NCBI RefSeq assembly: GCF_018977255.1
Contig: NW_024704742.1
Location: 22,756,001 to 22,820,000 of the forward strand
DNA length: 64,000 nt
Origin: Callorhinchus milii
Taxonomy: Eukaryota
Reading direction: 5' to 3'
Part shown: positions 1 through 13,006 of the stretch, one piece after another
Position numbering within the stretch: the stretch's first letter is position 1
Layout: each line of letters opens with the position of its first letter
Program-made: the position numbers and the translations under genes
Notes under the pieces: generated by a model
Database searches by the model: none
The model's input: only the letters and a program-made list of their open reading frames with translations
Told to the model about the DNA's origin: nothing

Positions 1-19
1 TATTATATGCCTTGAAATT

Positions 20-420
20 CGGGACTTTGAGCTAGCTCATAGCCTAGGCTGACACTCTAATTGCAGTGTTGCGGAGTTCTGCCTTGGTGGAGATGCCGTA
101 TTTCGGATGAATTATTAAACCCAAGGGCATGTTATTTGAAAAGAGAGAGGAGTTTCTCCTGGGGTCCTGGCAAACACTCCCCCTGATAAAATTGGTCATT
201 CACTTCATGGCTTTACTGCCTGGAGCCTTGGGATGTCTCACCAACATGAAAGGCGCTATAATAAATGCGATTAGTTACTTTCTGGGGCATGGCTGTGCGC
301 AAATTGGCTGTGACAATATTACACAGTCACTCAACTCTACAATAAAATCTGGTTCAGTGCTTTGAGACCTTTCAACGATATGATGAGGCTCTATATCAAA
401 TACAAGGATTATTTATTTAT
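20..420 (+). mobile_element. Deu-domain SINE fragment interrupted by a short L2 3' tip (~222-278)
   Basis: gggactttgag...aggctgacact...tttcggatgaatt...ggagtttctcctggggtcctggc...aaattggtcattc and a SINE tail. Confidence 0.6.
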
Positions 421-574
421 TGATGCAGAGAATTTCATTGTCCTGTACTGTCGGACATGATATCTTTGTAATCTGTGCGTTCCTTATGCCAGAATCTGCA
501 GGTGGCTTTCATATCAATTTGGTACCACAGAATATGTAGTACCGCTACCACTAATATTACACATCAATTTTATC

Positions 575-1343
575 CGCACAAAACTCTGCACCCCTTTCAC
601 ACCAGTGCTTGCTCCAGGCTCCACTGGCTCCCAATTACTGAATGGATAGATTTCAAATGAGTGATCCTCTCACTTGTTTTCAAATCCCTTCATACCCTTG
701 CACCTCCCTACCTATCCGATTTGCTTACCCCTGATTTGCTTCCACGCGGCTGGCTCCAGCCTCCTGTTTGTCCCTCGTCCCCTCCACTCCAACATTGGTG
801 ACCATGCCTTCATCCACTAACTCTGGAACTCTCTCCCTCAATCCCTCTACCTCTCTCCCCACTTTCAAATCCCGCCTAAAGGCCTTCCTTTATGATTGTG
901 CTTTCAGTCACCTTCCCCCTCCCTCTCCCCTTGGCTCGGTGTCAGACTCCACCACTGTCAAGCTCTCCAGGATGCTACCCGGCATGAAGGGCGCTATATT
1001 AATGCAAGTTGTTTTTGTTATTTCACTCCCTCCGCTCAGTGTACTCTGGCCTGCTTCACGTCCTCCACCTTGCTCGCCCCACTATTGGTCGGCAGGCCTT
1101 CCACCACTCTGCACCCTCTGGAACTCCATCTCGCAGTCCCTCCGACCCGCCCCCTCCCTCGCCACCTTCAAGACCCACCTCAAAACTCTCCGCTTTGTCC
1201 GTGCTTTCGATCTCCCTGCTTCCCCCCCTGCCCTCCACCCTCCCCCACTCCGACCCTCAGCTCTGTCTGTCCAGCGCCTTGGGACGTCCTGCCGACGTAA
1301 AAGGCGCTATACAAATGTAATTTTGTTGTTGTTGTTGTTGTCG
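575..1343 (+). mobile_element. Two tandem L2 LINE 3' fragments (~575-1015 and ~1025-1343)
   Basis: RLHWLPI..IDFK and FKSRLK/FKTHLKTL remnants of the L2 ORF2 C-terminus, C-rich 3' UTR, 3' hairpin and (TTG)n tail. Confidence 0.82.
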
Positions 1344-2844
1344 TTATTCCTCATCTTCATTGACAGATTATTCTTTAACCTGGATATGTTGGGAGAAGAA
1401 ATGTGCCATTCCCTCTCCTTGCTTGGCTCTCCCACATGTACTGTTCTCATGGGTTGACAGGATGTTAGAACGATCTCCTCACACAAATCTGAAACCGGCC
1501 GCTGGAAAGTGCACCGTGGGCACAAACCCACATCCTGCTGCTTTGCTCCTCAGCCTGTTGGTATTCAGTGTGAAGCAGCACAATGCGCTGTGTGTTTGCG
1601 TGACAAGAATCATTAACATATACCCCTCCCTTATAGCAAGAACCTTTTTACCATCGAAGTTTCAACAAGCCTTTTTTGCCCAATAGCACAACCATTAATA
1701 AGGTTATTCCTGTTAACATGATGAACGAGCCCTAAGAAATTCATATAGATATTACTTAAATGTTTCAGTTATAAGAAAAAGTTTGCTTTCAAATGTGAAA
1801 CTAATTAAAGTGTGTAAACTGAGTCTACCAAGCAATCTTACTGATGGTATCTCTACAAATATATCCTCAATGTTGCAAGACATATGTTTTTTTCCATTAA
1901 CTGATAAAAATGTGAATAATTATGCAAACAACACCACTCCTTCCTGTTCAACAGGCAAAGTGAAACTGAGGTGTAATGCACCCAGTGACACAGAACCACT
2001 GCCCTAATGAGCTTTATGCAGTTACATAACTCAACTTGCATTCAATTATTCAGTGCAGATAAACAGCAAGTAGTTTGTTACTCACTCACACACGCGATTG
2101 TTTAACAGAAAAGCCAAAAAGTACTGCCTATTTTGCCATGGATTGCCCATCATGGGAAATCAAGAGGACTGTATAAATACAGATAAACTCCACAGAAACA
2201 TTACATAAACAGCCAAGTGTTGGAACACTGCCAGCCTTAAATACACTTGAACAGACTTTTGTCAAGTGCAATTCATAGTGAGCTGACTAGCAATGCAATG
2301 GGGGGATTTCATACAACAGAAGCCTTATGGTAAAATCAAAGCATTAAAACTGGAACTGAAGAATGTTGCAGGTATAACAGTCTCCATATTCATACCTTAC
2401 AGTTAATATACCTTACATCTTGTATTATATGACCCCCTATAGCCAAGTGTGCTGAAAGAAGTTATGGACAGAAAATATTTCCAACCCGTCTTTTTTTCTC
2501 ATTGCATCATTAACATACAGACTTCCTCCCCCCTCACTATCCTGGCTTCCTTTGCAATGTAACCAAACAAAGAGGCCACTCATTCCTTAGGATTAAAAGA
2601 TCCCAAGATTCGTTCAGATGAAGAAGGCTCTTTGGCCCCTTTGATCTCATTCTTCCAGAACGTCTGCCCCACCACAGCATTCGCCTACAAAAATAGTCAC
2701 TACACCTTACGGTGAATCCTGATAAGCGCTTTGAGACGTCTTCCTGGTATGATTAGCACAATATTAGCCTGACGTTCTCTTTGGTCCTGCTGTGCATGTC
2801 TAGGTGGGCCAATGCCATTACTGAACCCCCCAGTAGGAAGAGCA

Positions 2845-3212
2845 CAACAATAACAACTTGTACTTATATAGCACCCTCCACGCAGGGTAGCGTCTCAGAG
2901 CGCTTAACAGTGGCGGAGCCTGACTCCAAGCCGGGGGGAGGGCAGAGCTGGCCGCAAGCACGGTCAAACAGGAACATTTTCAGGCAGGACGTCAAAGAGG
3001 GGAGAGAAGGGGGCAAGGCAGAGGGATTGAGGGAGAGTGTTCCAGAGTTTTGGGGCGTAGTGGCTGAAAGCACGACCTCCGATGGTGGGGCAGAGAGTGT
3101 GAGGGACGAACAAGAGGCTGGTGCCAGTCAAGCAGAGACGCCGGGTGGTGGAGTGGGGAGTGAGGAGGTCGGAGTGGTACGGAGGTGCCAAGGAGGGAAT
3201 GGATTTGAACAT
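2845..3212 (-). mobile_element. L2 LINE 3' fragment
   Basis: FKSIPSLAPPY..DLL...GGRAFSHYAPKLWNTLP remnant; (CAA)n tail on the plus strand. Confidence 0.82.
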
Positions 3213-3364
3213 GAGAGCGCAAGATGTGCCACAGGAACGTCTTCCTCTTCCTGGGACCTATTACTGATCGTACAGCTGAGATTGGTATTGACAATACTGC
3301 GGAACCAGAGAGTTGAACCTTTGTAATGCCAAGATCCACCAAAAGGGAGATACTGCTTTTCTTG

Positions 3365-3933
3365 GTTTTCAGAACCGAGCTAGCCCGCTGTGATAGTCTC
3401 GGTAGTCTGGTTCCCGACCCAGGCTGGTCTGCAGTATTCCAGGGCAGTACTGCTGACAGCACAGCCAGCCTGGCTCATCGGCAGGACCTGGAAGGGCGGA
3501 CCAGACACTGGGGCAGGGAGTCCTCTCATTCAGCTCCTGTTAAGCCTGCAAGCCAAAGCCTTAATGGATAAGGTGGTCCTAGCTGGACAAGCAGAGGGAA
3601 AGCTTGCCAGACAGCAGTATCAAAGGCAAGCTATGCAATTTTAGCTGGTTAGACTCCAGCAGTATTCCAACACACACTCTAGTGTCCCCATGCCTTAGTT
3701 CTAGCCATTTTCCTAATACCTTCCGGAATTAGGTAAACAGGAAGCGTCCCTCCAGGAAGAGAGTGCACATTCCATTCCAACAATGTATCCCTGGGATTTC
3801 CACATGTAGGTGGGATGCATAGAAATCTCAGCTTGGTTTGGAAACACTTAAGCATGGTGATATAAGAAGTTATGGACAGAAAATGCTTTCAAATGTGTCT
3901 GCGTGTGTCAGACACCCGGCTGACCGAAAAAAA
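3365..3933 (+). repeat. Unclassified ~550-bp dispersed repeat, copy 1
   Basis: Collinear similarity with 6070-6590, 49378-49678 and 57445-57920 (for example ctgcaagccaaagcc, gcttgccagaca, ctccagcagta, ggaattaggt, cattccattc, atactcttaagcatggtga). Confidence 0.8.
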
Positions 3934-6069
3934 GTAACTTGCAATAATAGTAGATAACGGAAGTACCAGTAACCGTGGGGAGAGTGAACCTCAATCATTG
4001 CAAGAAATAATGCAACCAAACAGGCCCAGTTCATCCTGATCAACCCTTCTGAGCTCTTCTGAATTTTTAGCACATACTCTATCTTGAGATCTAACCAGCG
4101 TTGGTCTCTCTGCAGATGACAGGTTCCACTGTAACTGATCTTAGTGTGTCAACTTCAGTCAGCTGGAACGCTGATTGGAATCAGGCCTCTGAATGCACAG
4201 CATTGCAAGCATTTATCCACTGTGATGAAACAAAAGACGTAAAAAAAAGTGTGTTCAAAATCTCAACCCACGGGAAACACCATCGAATATTTTTGAATTT
4301 AACTTCACAAAACTGTACAGCCTGGTAAGGGTATTACCCAGCAGACATGTATGGATTTTGGTTTCACTTCACAATCTGAAAGGTTTGCTGATTGCATTCC
4401 TGAATTTACAACAGCATCCAACAAACTGGGCCTTTCTGAAAGAGGACTGGCAGAGACCACTTAAAGGGTTAAGCATCAACCACTATATCCCCTCAACATC
4501 AAATGCACATTAAATTTTTAAATTGGATAATGCAACATTATGACTATTAAATATTAATGTAATAATATTCATTTTTTAAAGAAAAAATAATGTATTAATA
4601 ATGAGTTAAATTCAATAATGAAAAGGTATGATATTTATTTTGGGTTGAGGAACGAAATTGACAATTTGTACATTGTCTGTTAGAACAGTGCTGAGTGCAT
4701 CTGCCTTGTTAACTCTCTAGTCAACCACTCTGCTAATAACATGGAGACCAAAACCACATTTTAGTGTTTGGTTTTGTTATGGAAACATGATCACTCTTCT
4801 ACGGAACAGTATCTCAATGAACAAGGTAAATGTTTGCACACTACTCCAACACTACATTCAGTTCAGCTCCCTCGACGCCAAGTCAATTCAAGCACCTTGT
4901 CAAACGTTCCTCAAATTAAAGTGCATACCCAATGAATTCATTAGAATTGAAAGATGAACACAGGCTAGGATTTCGCCACCGTGAGAAGAAATAATAAATT
5001 GCACGAAACACCTCCTAAATCACATAGTTAAGAGTTTGACACTGAACCAGAAAGTTGGCAGTTCCAAGTTTCAGTTCTTTGAAATGAAGCAGTGGGCCTC
5101 TGTGGATCATTCCATCTCAACGAGACATATTGCACTTTTCTTCCTCAAATCCCACCTTCTGCCGGCTGCTGAAGAAGCAGCAATGACAGGAATTGTGGCG
5201 AGGTCCACAAACAATACACTGCTAATCTCCCAGTCGGAGAATCTATTGTGAAGCAGCAAGAAAAGAACAGTGAGAACACAGCAAATGGTGCGTGATGCAC
5301 TAACTAAGGAATGATTAGGAACAGAGTATATTAAGCACTGAAATAACCATGGAGTGGTCGAAGTTCATCAATTGCTCTGTAAATGCCCGCCCATGAGAGA
5401 TGAGATGCATGTGACTCCCCCACCCTCCCCCAGTGTTCAAATGTGGTGATAAACAATTATCTGAAGTACGTGACTTAATTCTTTGGCCAGTTCAGCGTTG
5501 CCAAAGTTCAAGGAGTCTTTTTTTGTTTCTTTTTTGTCTGTGACTGCTGCTGTGTGCAGCGGGTTAGTGTGATGGTATTTTGGAGACTCTTCTGACAGTT
5601 CTTTGAGACTATTTTTGGCCATTTAGGGAGTGAGCGGCTGGCAGATTTCTCTTTCCTTCAGTCAACTGGATGTGCTTTTGACTGCAGGCTGTTGTAGCTG
5701 AGATTGCACACAGAATGTCTGGGTGAGTGGGTTGCTGGTAGTAAAGCTCCCAGTCCCTGTCTATGTGCTGCACTTCTTCCAGCTGAGAGAAGGCAATATT
5801 TTTGGTTTAAAAGCAAAACAACAATACTGAAACAATGTTCCTGTGGTTCTTTGTTTCCCCCATTTTCTATATGTTTGGACATTTGTACCTCTTCGGCTCT
5901 CTACGCAAGACACGGTGAATAGTTGAGATAACTTTAGTTTACCTTATATAGCAGCATTAAAGCAAAACCATTAAATCAGGCTGATTGCAGTTTGAGTAGA
6001 ATATTACTAGGTCTGGGCCCTGAAAGTTCTCACGATCTCAACTTAAGATGTGGCTCTAAGGTGACGGGC

Positions 6070-6590
6070 ATGACAAGGGAATGTCATAAGCGAGTCAACT
6101 GTCTGTCATTGCCTTGGTAATCCAGTTCCTGAACCAGGCGGATCTGCAGTACTCCAGGGTCCAGATCAGCTCGTCTGGCTTGACCGCAGGACGCGGAGGG
6201 GCAAACCAATCACTGGCAGCAGGGCTTCATCCCGTTCAGCTACAGTTAACCCTGCAAGTCAAAGCCCTAGAGGATAGGTTGGACTTAGCTGGATAAGCCT
6301 TGGAAGGCTTGCCAGACATTGCTCTCAATGGCAAGTTATCGGGGTTGAGCTAGTTAAATTCCAGCAGTACCTCAAATAAACACTCTGGGAACCCCAAGAT
6401 TTGACTCTCGTCAACCAGCTCCTCATGCTCTCTGGAATTAGGTGTGTCCCTCCATGGTGATAGTGTGCATTCCATTCAAGACACATAGATGTCCATGCCA
6501 TGCATATAGGTGACAGACAGGTGAATATTCAACCTGGTTGGATACTCTTAGCATAGTGGTAGGTTTCCACGTGGATCAGACGCCCGGCTT
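6070..6590 (+). repeat. Unclassified dispersed repeat, copy 2
   Basis: Same motif order as copy 1; ends tcagacgcccggct. Confidence 0.78.
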
Positions 6591-7231
6591 TCTAATCCAA
6601 ATTTACCTGCTCTTTCCCCATTCCCTCCAATAGTCTTTCTGTGCTTGTCCAATTATTTTCTTAAAATGCTCCAATGACTCTGCTATAACAGACAATTCAT
6701 TCCATACGCTAACAATCCTCTGGGAGAAGGTGTTCTTCTGAAACTTTAATCACAATATTAAAACCAAGAACATGCTTCATTTGGGGCTGATTCAAACTCT
6801 AATGAGCCTCTTGTTGGCATTACTAGTGTAACAGTGTCAAGGACGATATAACTTCACCAGTTCTTTCTGTGTGATCAGAGATAATTGCCCCCTTGTCTGA
6901 AGCAAAAGAATTTCCTGGAGTGTTTTGTTAACTTATTTAATGGACACTTATGAAGAAAATCACTGTCAAAGTAGTTTGAAGTGACCTTAAGTAAATAACG
7001 GGCTAAGTGTGAATTTTCGAGACAGATGAAGGTGTCTGCACCAGGGTACAACTTCAAGGTAGTATTCAGATGAAGCAAAATCTGAGGAACAGCTTGTAAC
7101 ATTGGAATCTAGCTTTAAATCTTTATAAGACCGAACCAAAGGTTGAGTGACAAAGCGACAACAAGCAGCAGGAAGCAGAATATCTTAAGACAATATATTT
7201 TAAATTGGGATCAGGAAATAGTCACAAGACT

Positions 7232-7555
7232 ATAATAATAATAATCCTTGCATTTGATATAGCGCTTTTCACGTCGGGAGGACGTCCCAAAGCGCTTCAG
7301 AGGGAACTGTAAAGTGAATTGACTGTATATTTTTGTGGGCAAACTCGGCAGCCAATTGCGCACAGCAATGTCCCACAAACAGTCGTAGATTGAAAATTAC
7401 CAATTTATTATTGTTTTGGGTTTTTTGGAGGGATTATTATTAGGCTCTGTGTGGAGTAAGGAAACTTGCCCAAGGTTTCGCCCTGACCTGCCTGGAATTG
7501 AACTCGGGTCTCTCGCTTGCAAAGCGAGTGCTCTAACCACTGAGCTCCAGGACTC
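7232..7555 (-). mobile_element. tRNA-derived SINE, young subfamily A, full length
   Basis: Pol III A/B-box head, shared body, 3' hairpin and (TTA)n tail; near-identical to the copies at 13007, 25624, 31900 and 44718. Confidence 0.9.
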
Positions 7556-9289
7556 TATCTGAAGGCAGGAGGTTGGCCTTCAGCTACCAGAATAGGACTT
7601 GTTGCTTCTTACAGCCTCAACATGAATCAGATGGGAGGAATGTGTGCTGACTCCAGTTAGGGCTTCAAAATGCTCCAACCTGATTTTAAGAAAGTGAAAC
7701 TTCACTCTTGTTGAGAAAGCTTTGATTTATTTGGCCTTCCACCGGGTGTTATAGTTGAGATTTGAACTTGTGCATTTTCTATTCCAATTTTTCGCAGCTT
7801 CATTTTAGCCTTGGTGGTGGGACGTCCGTTTCTACTTCTGGGCAGGACAGATTTATTCGGATGCTATTTCTGGTGTGGAAGGTCTTTATTCACTCCGACC
7901 GAGTGCACGCAAAAATGACTCATTGATGAGAATCTTTGAAAACACGCAAGGGGAAGAGAGCAAACTTTTACCGCCTTAGGAAATCGGTAATTAAAGCAAT
8001 TTCCATATACTGTACCACTGATCTGTACTATGCTTGAATAATCACAGAGGACCTTACAGAGGAGTTCGTAGAGCCGTGGATAGATCCTTAGTTAATTCCT
8101 GTCACTGGACACTACACTGTATATTCCTGGTACAAGTTATTTACAGACCATTCTTGTGATTTTGTTACTTCATTGTGAAATGTATTTTTTCCTCCATTGT
8201 TGGGCCTACACTCAATTAGGAGAATGAAGGCTATCATGAGCTGTTTGCTAAACTGATAAATCTATAGGAACATATTAAATGAAGTATCCCATTCAGCCTG
8301 AACAGTCTGATCCCGCATTAAGTCATTGCAACTCTTTTTAATTCAATTTTACTGCCTATTCCCCACCCACCCATCCATATTTTTGGATTGTCAGTTGAGT
8401 CTATGAGCCTCTGAGGCAGTCTGTTCCATATTCTTCCCATTATAATCATTTGCTAGTGTCAGTGATTGTTTCTGTGTAGACCCGAATATATGCATAACAT
8501 ACGAAAGGGATATTTTACAGAGATGGTACAACGTGGCATCACTGTGTGGTATAACATGGTTATCCATGGTTAACACAAGGCCAACACTTCCCCAAACTTC
8601 TACAGTTGAGGAGTCATTTAAGAAACATTCATCGCATCTGTCTAGATTAGGTTTGAACCATTTTATGTGCTATTTTTAAATGTGTATTTTATGCCTCCGC
8701 CAATCATTCTGGAATTTTGGCCTGACATTACTTTGACACAATCATTAGATCACACATACAGAAATGGAAAGCCACCAGTGCTTTTAAGCTCACAACATTT
8801 TTCCAGTGAGAATTACTGATAGAGACAGTCATGGAATACACAGACATATAAATTTTACCCCAAGTACTGAATGTGGAGCCTTGCCACCTCCATTACAATA
8901 TTGAGTGGTGGCAACATAATACTATTTGGGAAGGAAGGAAAGCCAAGGAGAATTCATGCTGGAGAAAATCTATCATGTGCACATTCAAAAAAAGACTGGA
9001 CACATGATTGAGGGAAAATAATGTTGAAGGATACAAGGAAAAGGCTGGATATGGGATTCAGGATAGGATCTAGGATGGGCACTCGTGGAGTATAAACACC
9101 AGCAGGACTGGATGGGCTAAATGGCCTATTTCTGAGCTATACCTTCTATGAATTTTCTATAAAAATAAAATAATAATAGGATCAAATTCCATCATTCAAA
9201 AAAATAGTCATAATTATATCCAAATCAACATTCGAGACAAAAATGTTAAAGAAAAGTAATGCATTTTGTAGTGTTTGAATGTTGAAATA

Positions 9290-10040
9290 TTCCAAAACCT
9301 TTACAGTGATAATGTCAAACTTGGACACTGTTTTTGAAGGCAAACACAGCAGCTAATTTGTCCACAGCAAAATCCCACAAACAGCCATGAGGTGAATGAC
9401 CAATTTATCTACTGGATTTCTTGACCTGAATACCAGGAGAATCTCTTTTCATAGTGTCACAATATCTTAATACCCATTTGAATAGCAGGCAGTTAGGTTA
9501 CTAATCATAATAATCATCCTTGTAATTTGATATAATGCCTTACTACGTCCAATGCGACAGCTAGTTTGCACACCGCACTGTCCAACAAACAACCATAAAG
9601 TAAATGACCAATTTTATCTGGGGATTGTTAGCCAGGACACCGGGAGAAATTCCCTTCTCTTTTTTCCCTGCCATGGGATCTTTAACAGGCAGACTAGAAT
9701 GAACCTTGGTTTAACGTCTTATACATAGGATGACACCTCTGACAATGGGCTGGATTGTCAACTTAGGCTGTGAGTTCAAAGTTCTGATGTAGGTTGAACC
9801 CATAAACTTCTGACTTCAGGGGCTACCAACTGAGCCAGGCTGGTACCCCAAATATATCCCAAACTTGATCTCGGTTTAACGTCTTATGCGAAGAATGGCA
9901 CCTCTGACAAAGCAGCGGTACCCAGCACTGTGCTGGAGTGTTATCTAGACGATGAATTCAAGTGTTATAGTGGGGCTTGAACCCACAACCTTTTGACCCA
10001 GAGGTGAGAGTCCTACCATCTTGAGTGAAGCTGACACCTA
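9290..10040 (-). mobile_element. Cluster of three partial, co-oriented Deu-domain SINE copies
   Basis: The core and head motifs ggtttaacgtcttat...cacctctgacaa and aaccttttgacccagagg recur at ~9290-9490, ~9505-9845 and ~9865-10040. Confidence 0.65.
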
Positions 10041-10810
10041 AACTTGCACTGTGCTTGTGAGTCCAGTCGCTACAAGTCAGCATTAACCATTCTGGCTTTT
10101 ACTCTAAACCTATAAATAGAAAAATACCCTGTTCAACTAGGAACGAGTAAGCAAGTTACTGTGAGTATCAGTGAGAAATCCAATAAAACTAAAACGCCCC
10201 TCACACAGGGCAGCGTCCCAGCGAGCTTGAGTTTCAAGTTGAATTGCCTGTTGTATGTATGCTTCCTATAGAGACATCAGAGATCCCTAGTAGTGCCTTT
10301 GAGGTCAAATCTTGGTTCTAATCTTACTCAGTGTTACATAAAATAATCCCTGCTTGCTACAGCTGCTCGTGGTATGTATTTAATACAAACACAGAGACAC
10401 TCGCTTGGTATCCTCAAAGGAACCTTTTCTTCAGTAGGTAACATTTCCCACATTTACTCTTATGCATATTGTACCCCCAAAGAACACAGAACGTAGTTAC
10501 ACCATACATTTGCAAGCTAGTTAAATGTGGCTTCAATTCCCCCCAGCTTCTCAAAATAACTTCATTTTTCTGAAAGCATTTATTGAATGCTAAACTCCTG
10601 GTAAAACTATGAAAGGAAAGTTCACAGGCTTCACAGTGGCTTACCAAACCTTGAATCAAAATAGAAATGAGATAAGGGTTTCTATTCAACCCAATCACAA
10701 CCTTCAACTGAATGAGCTAACTTGTCACTCTGCATTTCATTTTGTGAAGTCTGATATACCAATCAAGTAGAGAAAAATAGAATGGTAAAGGGAGAGAAAT
10801 AAAAATAGGT

Positions 10811-11186
10811 GGAGTCCTGTAACATAGTGGTTAGCGCACTTGCCTCGTGAGCGAGAGGACCTGGGTTTGATTCCTGGGCTGGGTGAAACCTTAGGCAAGT
10901 TTCCTTACTCCACACGCCCCTGTTTGCCTAGCAGTAAGTAGGAACTTGTTTCTTGTCAATTGGTGGATCACTTTCCAGGGGTGATAGTCCCTTAAAAAAA
11001 AATTTTTTTTAAATAATTTGGTGACTCAATCCACAACTGTTTGTGGGACACTGCTGTGCGCAATTGGCTGCCACACATTATCCACAAAATATGTACAGTT
11101 AAATCACTTTACAGTATATTCTGTGAAGTGCTTTGAGACGTCTCAAAGACATTATAAGGCGCTGTATCAAATGCAAGGATTATTAT
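10811..11186 (+). mobile_element. tRNA-derived SINE, longer and older subfamily B
   Basis: Same head and tail as subfamily A plus the internal segment cctgtttgcctagcagtaagtaggaac...ggatcactttcc. Confidence 0.85.
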
Positions 11187-13006
11187 ATTTTTCCTTTTCA
11201 AAACCAATGGGGTCTAAAGCACAACATTCCTAACCCTGAGATCACAATTTGCCAGGGAGCTTTGCTTTCGGGCTAGTGCTTGGACAAAAAAATGCTGTAA
11301 AAGTCCAACAGAAGGCAAAGTGACAGCCACAAACTGACTTTTGCTTTGCTGATGTTATCTTTGTCTTAGGTTTGTTAGTAAATCATGGCGTTTTCGGTGC
11401 AAAGTGGAATTAGCTCAATTAACACAGAGACTTGTGATCTCTGAATGCCGTATTTTAGACCCTAATGTCACTACTGAAACCTGTCAAGTGAGAATAATCC
11501 AGATTCTGTACCATTTCCCCACACTACACTAAAGCTGACCTAAATTCTGTTCACTTGCTCTGTACTGCTCGCTTTCTGACACAACGTGCTTTGGCGTCTG
11601 ATACACACTAGAGTATGCTGAGCTAGGAGTGTACAGGGCGCGATTCTCCCTGCCCTTGTTCTAGTGTGTTTATGAGAATATTCAAAGGGAATGGTCAATT
11701 AATTCTGTACAAATACAACTGTGTCCAATAACACGTATGAAAAGTGATTATGAAAGATGTCTAATATAATGCTAGCGAACATTTAATTACAAGCATGGAA
11801 CAAAATGTTTATCATGGTCAAGGAAGAACGTGTGTTAGAGAGCAAGCGTTAGACTACAGTTTTATAACCAATGGGTATACAGCTTTAAGACAGAGCTAAG
11901 ACAGCTCGGCTCAGTGATTACACTGTCCAGAGAGCCACCATGTTATAGAGCAGACAAAACAAAAAGCAATTTAGATCCTTAGGTTTCACAGGGCAGATCA
12001 CAGTGTGAACCCATGACAATCACTGAATACATTGATCTTTATTGTAGTGAACCTGTCAGGGGAATAACAACTACATGCCAGTGGTGTGACAGACCAAGAT
12101 TATACGGAGCCTGAAAAAAAATCCTTGTCCCATAATCATGTTTACAAAGCACATTGAGCACAATCTCATTCAAAATATAGCGCAATAGGCAAGGGCGATG
12201 GATATGCAGTTTCCTGCTAATTCCAGTGGTGCTAAGGTCTATGGAAGCCACAGGTTGCTTTGTGGATACAGATGACATGACATTTTAGGCTGGATATATA
12301 CAGCTGGACTTACTCTTGGATTGGGCAATGTAGATGGAAGAATTTAAAATAAAAGTAATTATTAATTGTTTCATACCTTTTTCCACTTTCTTGTAAATGA
12401 TAATTAATACAGATTTTTTTTAACCTCTTTCACACAAAATACAAACCGTGTTTGCAAAAATAGTGAAAATGGTTACCAACACCTAAAGATGAATTTCTAG
12501 CCCCAAATTTTAATTCCTTATTATTAGCAAAAAAAAATTGCTTTTTTGCTTCTTCAGCTTTTGAGACTGCCAAACCTTCAAGCCCCTCCCATTCTGGAAT
12601 ATCTGCCAGGAGCGCTCAATAGACAAACAATCTCCAGTTAAATCTAATTATTTCATTTACAATAAAAATCTGTAATTGATAGATTACAGATCTGCTCTCC
12701 CAAGGACCAGAACAGTTTGATTCAGGATTGCTGCCACGGTGGCATCAACAGATATCCCCTTGTCACTTCTAGGGCATCTCAGCACACAGTAATGATAATC
12801 ATTTGGTATAGATCCTTTTATGTCAGGACAACATCTCACAGTGTTTTACAGAATATACCACAAAGTGTAGTTACTATGCATTTGAAGGCAAATGTGGCAG
12901 CCTATTTACATATCGCGATGTCCGACAAACAGCCATGAATTTTATCTGGTGGATTGTTGACCAGGACACCAGGAGAAACTCCCTCTCTTTTCAAACAGCG
13001 GCAATA

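Noticed and set aside
768..1457. 229-aa ORF, and the 238-aa ORF at 23628-24344
   Set aside because: Both read through C-rich, degenerate L2 3' fragments; neither is a host gene or an intact reverse transcriptase.
11797..11811. GRE/MRE-like GGAACAaaaTGTTTA (possible autoregulation)
   Set aside because: It mismatches the critical C of the second half-site, and such near-matches are expected by chance in 64 kb.
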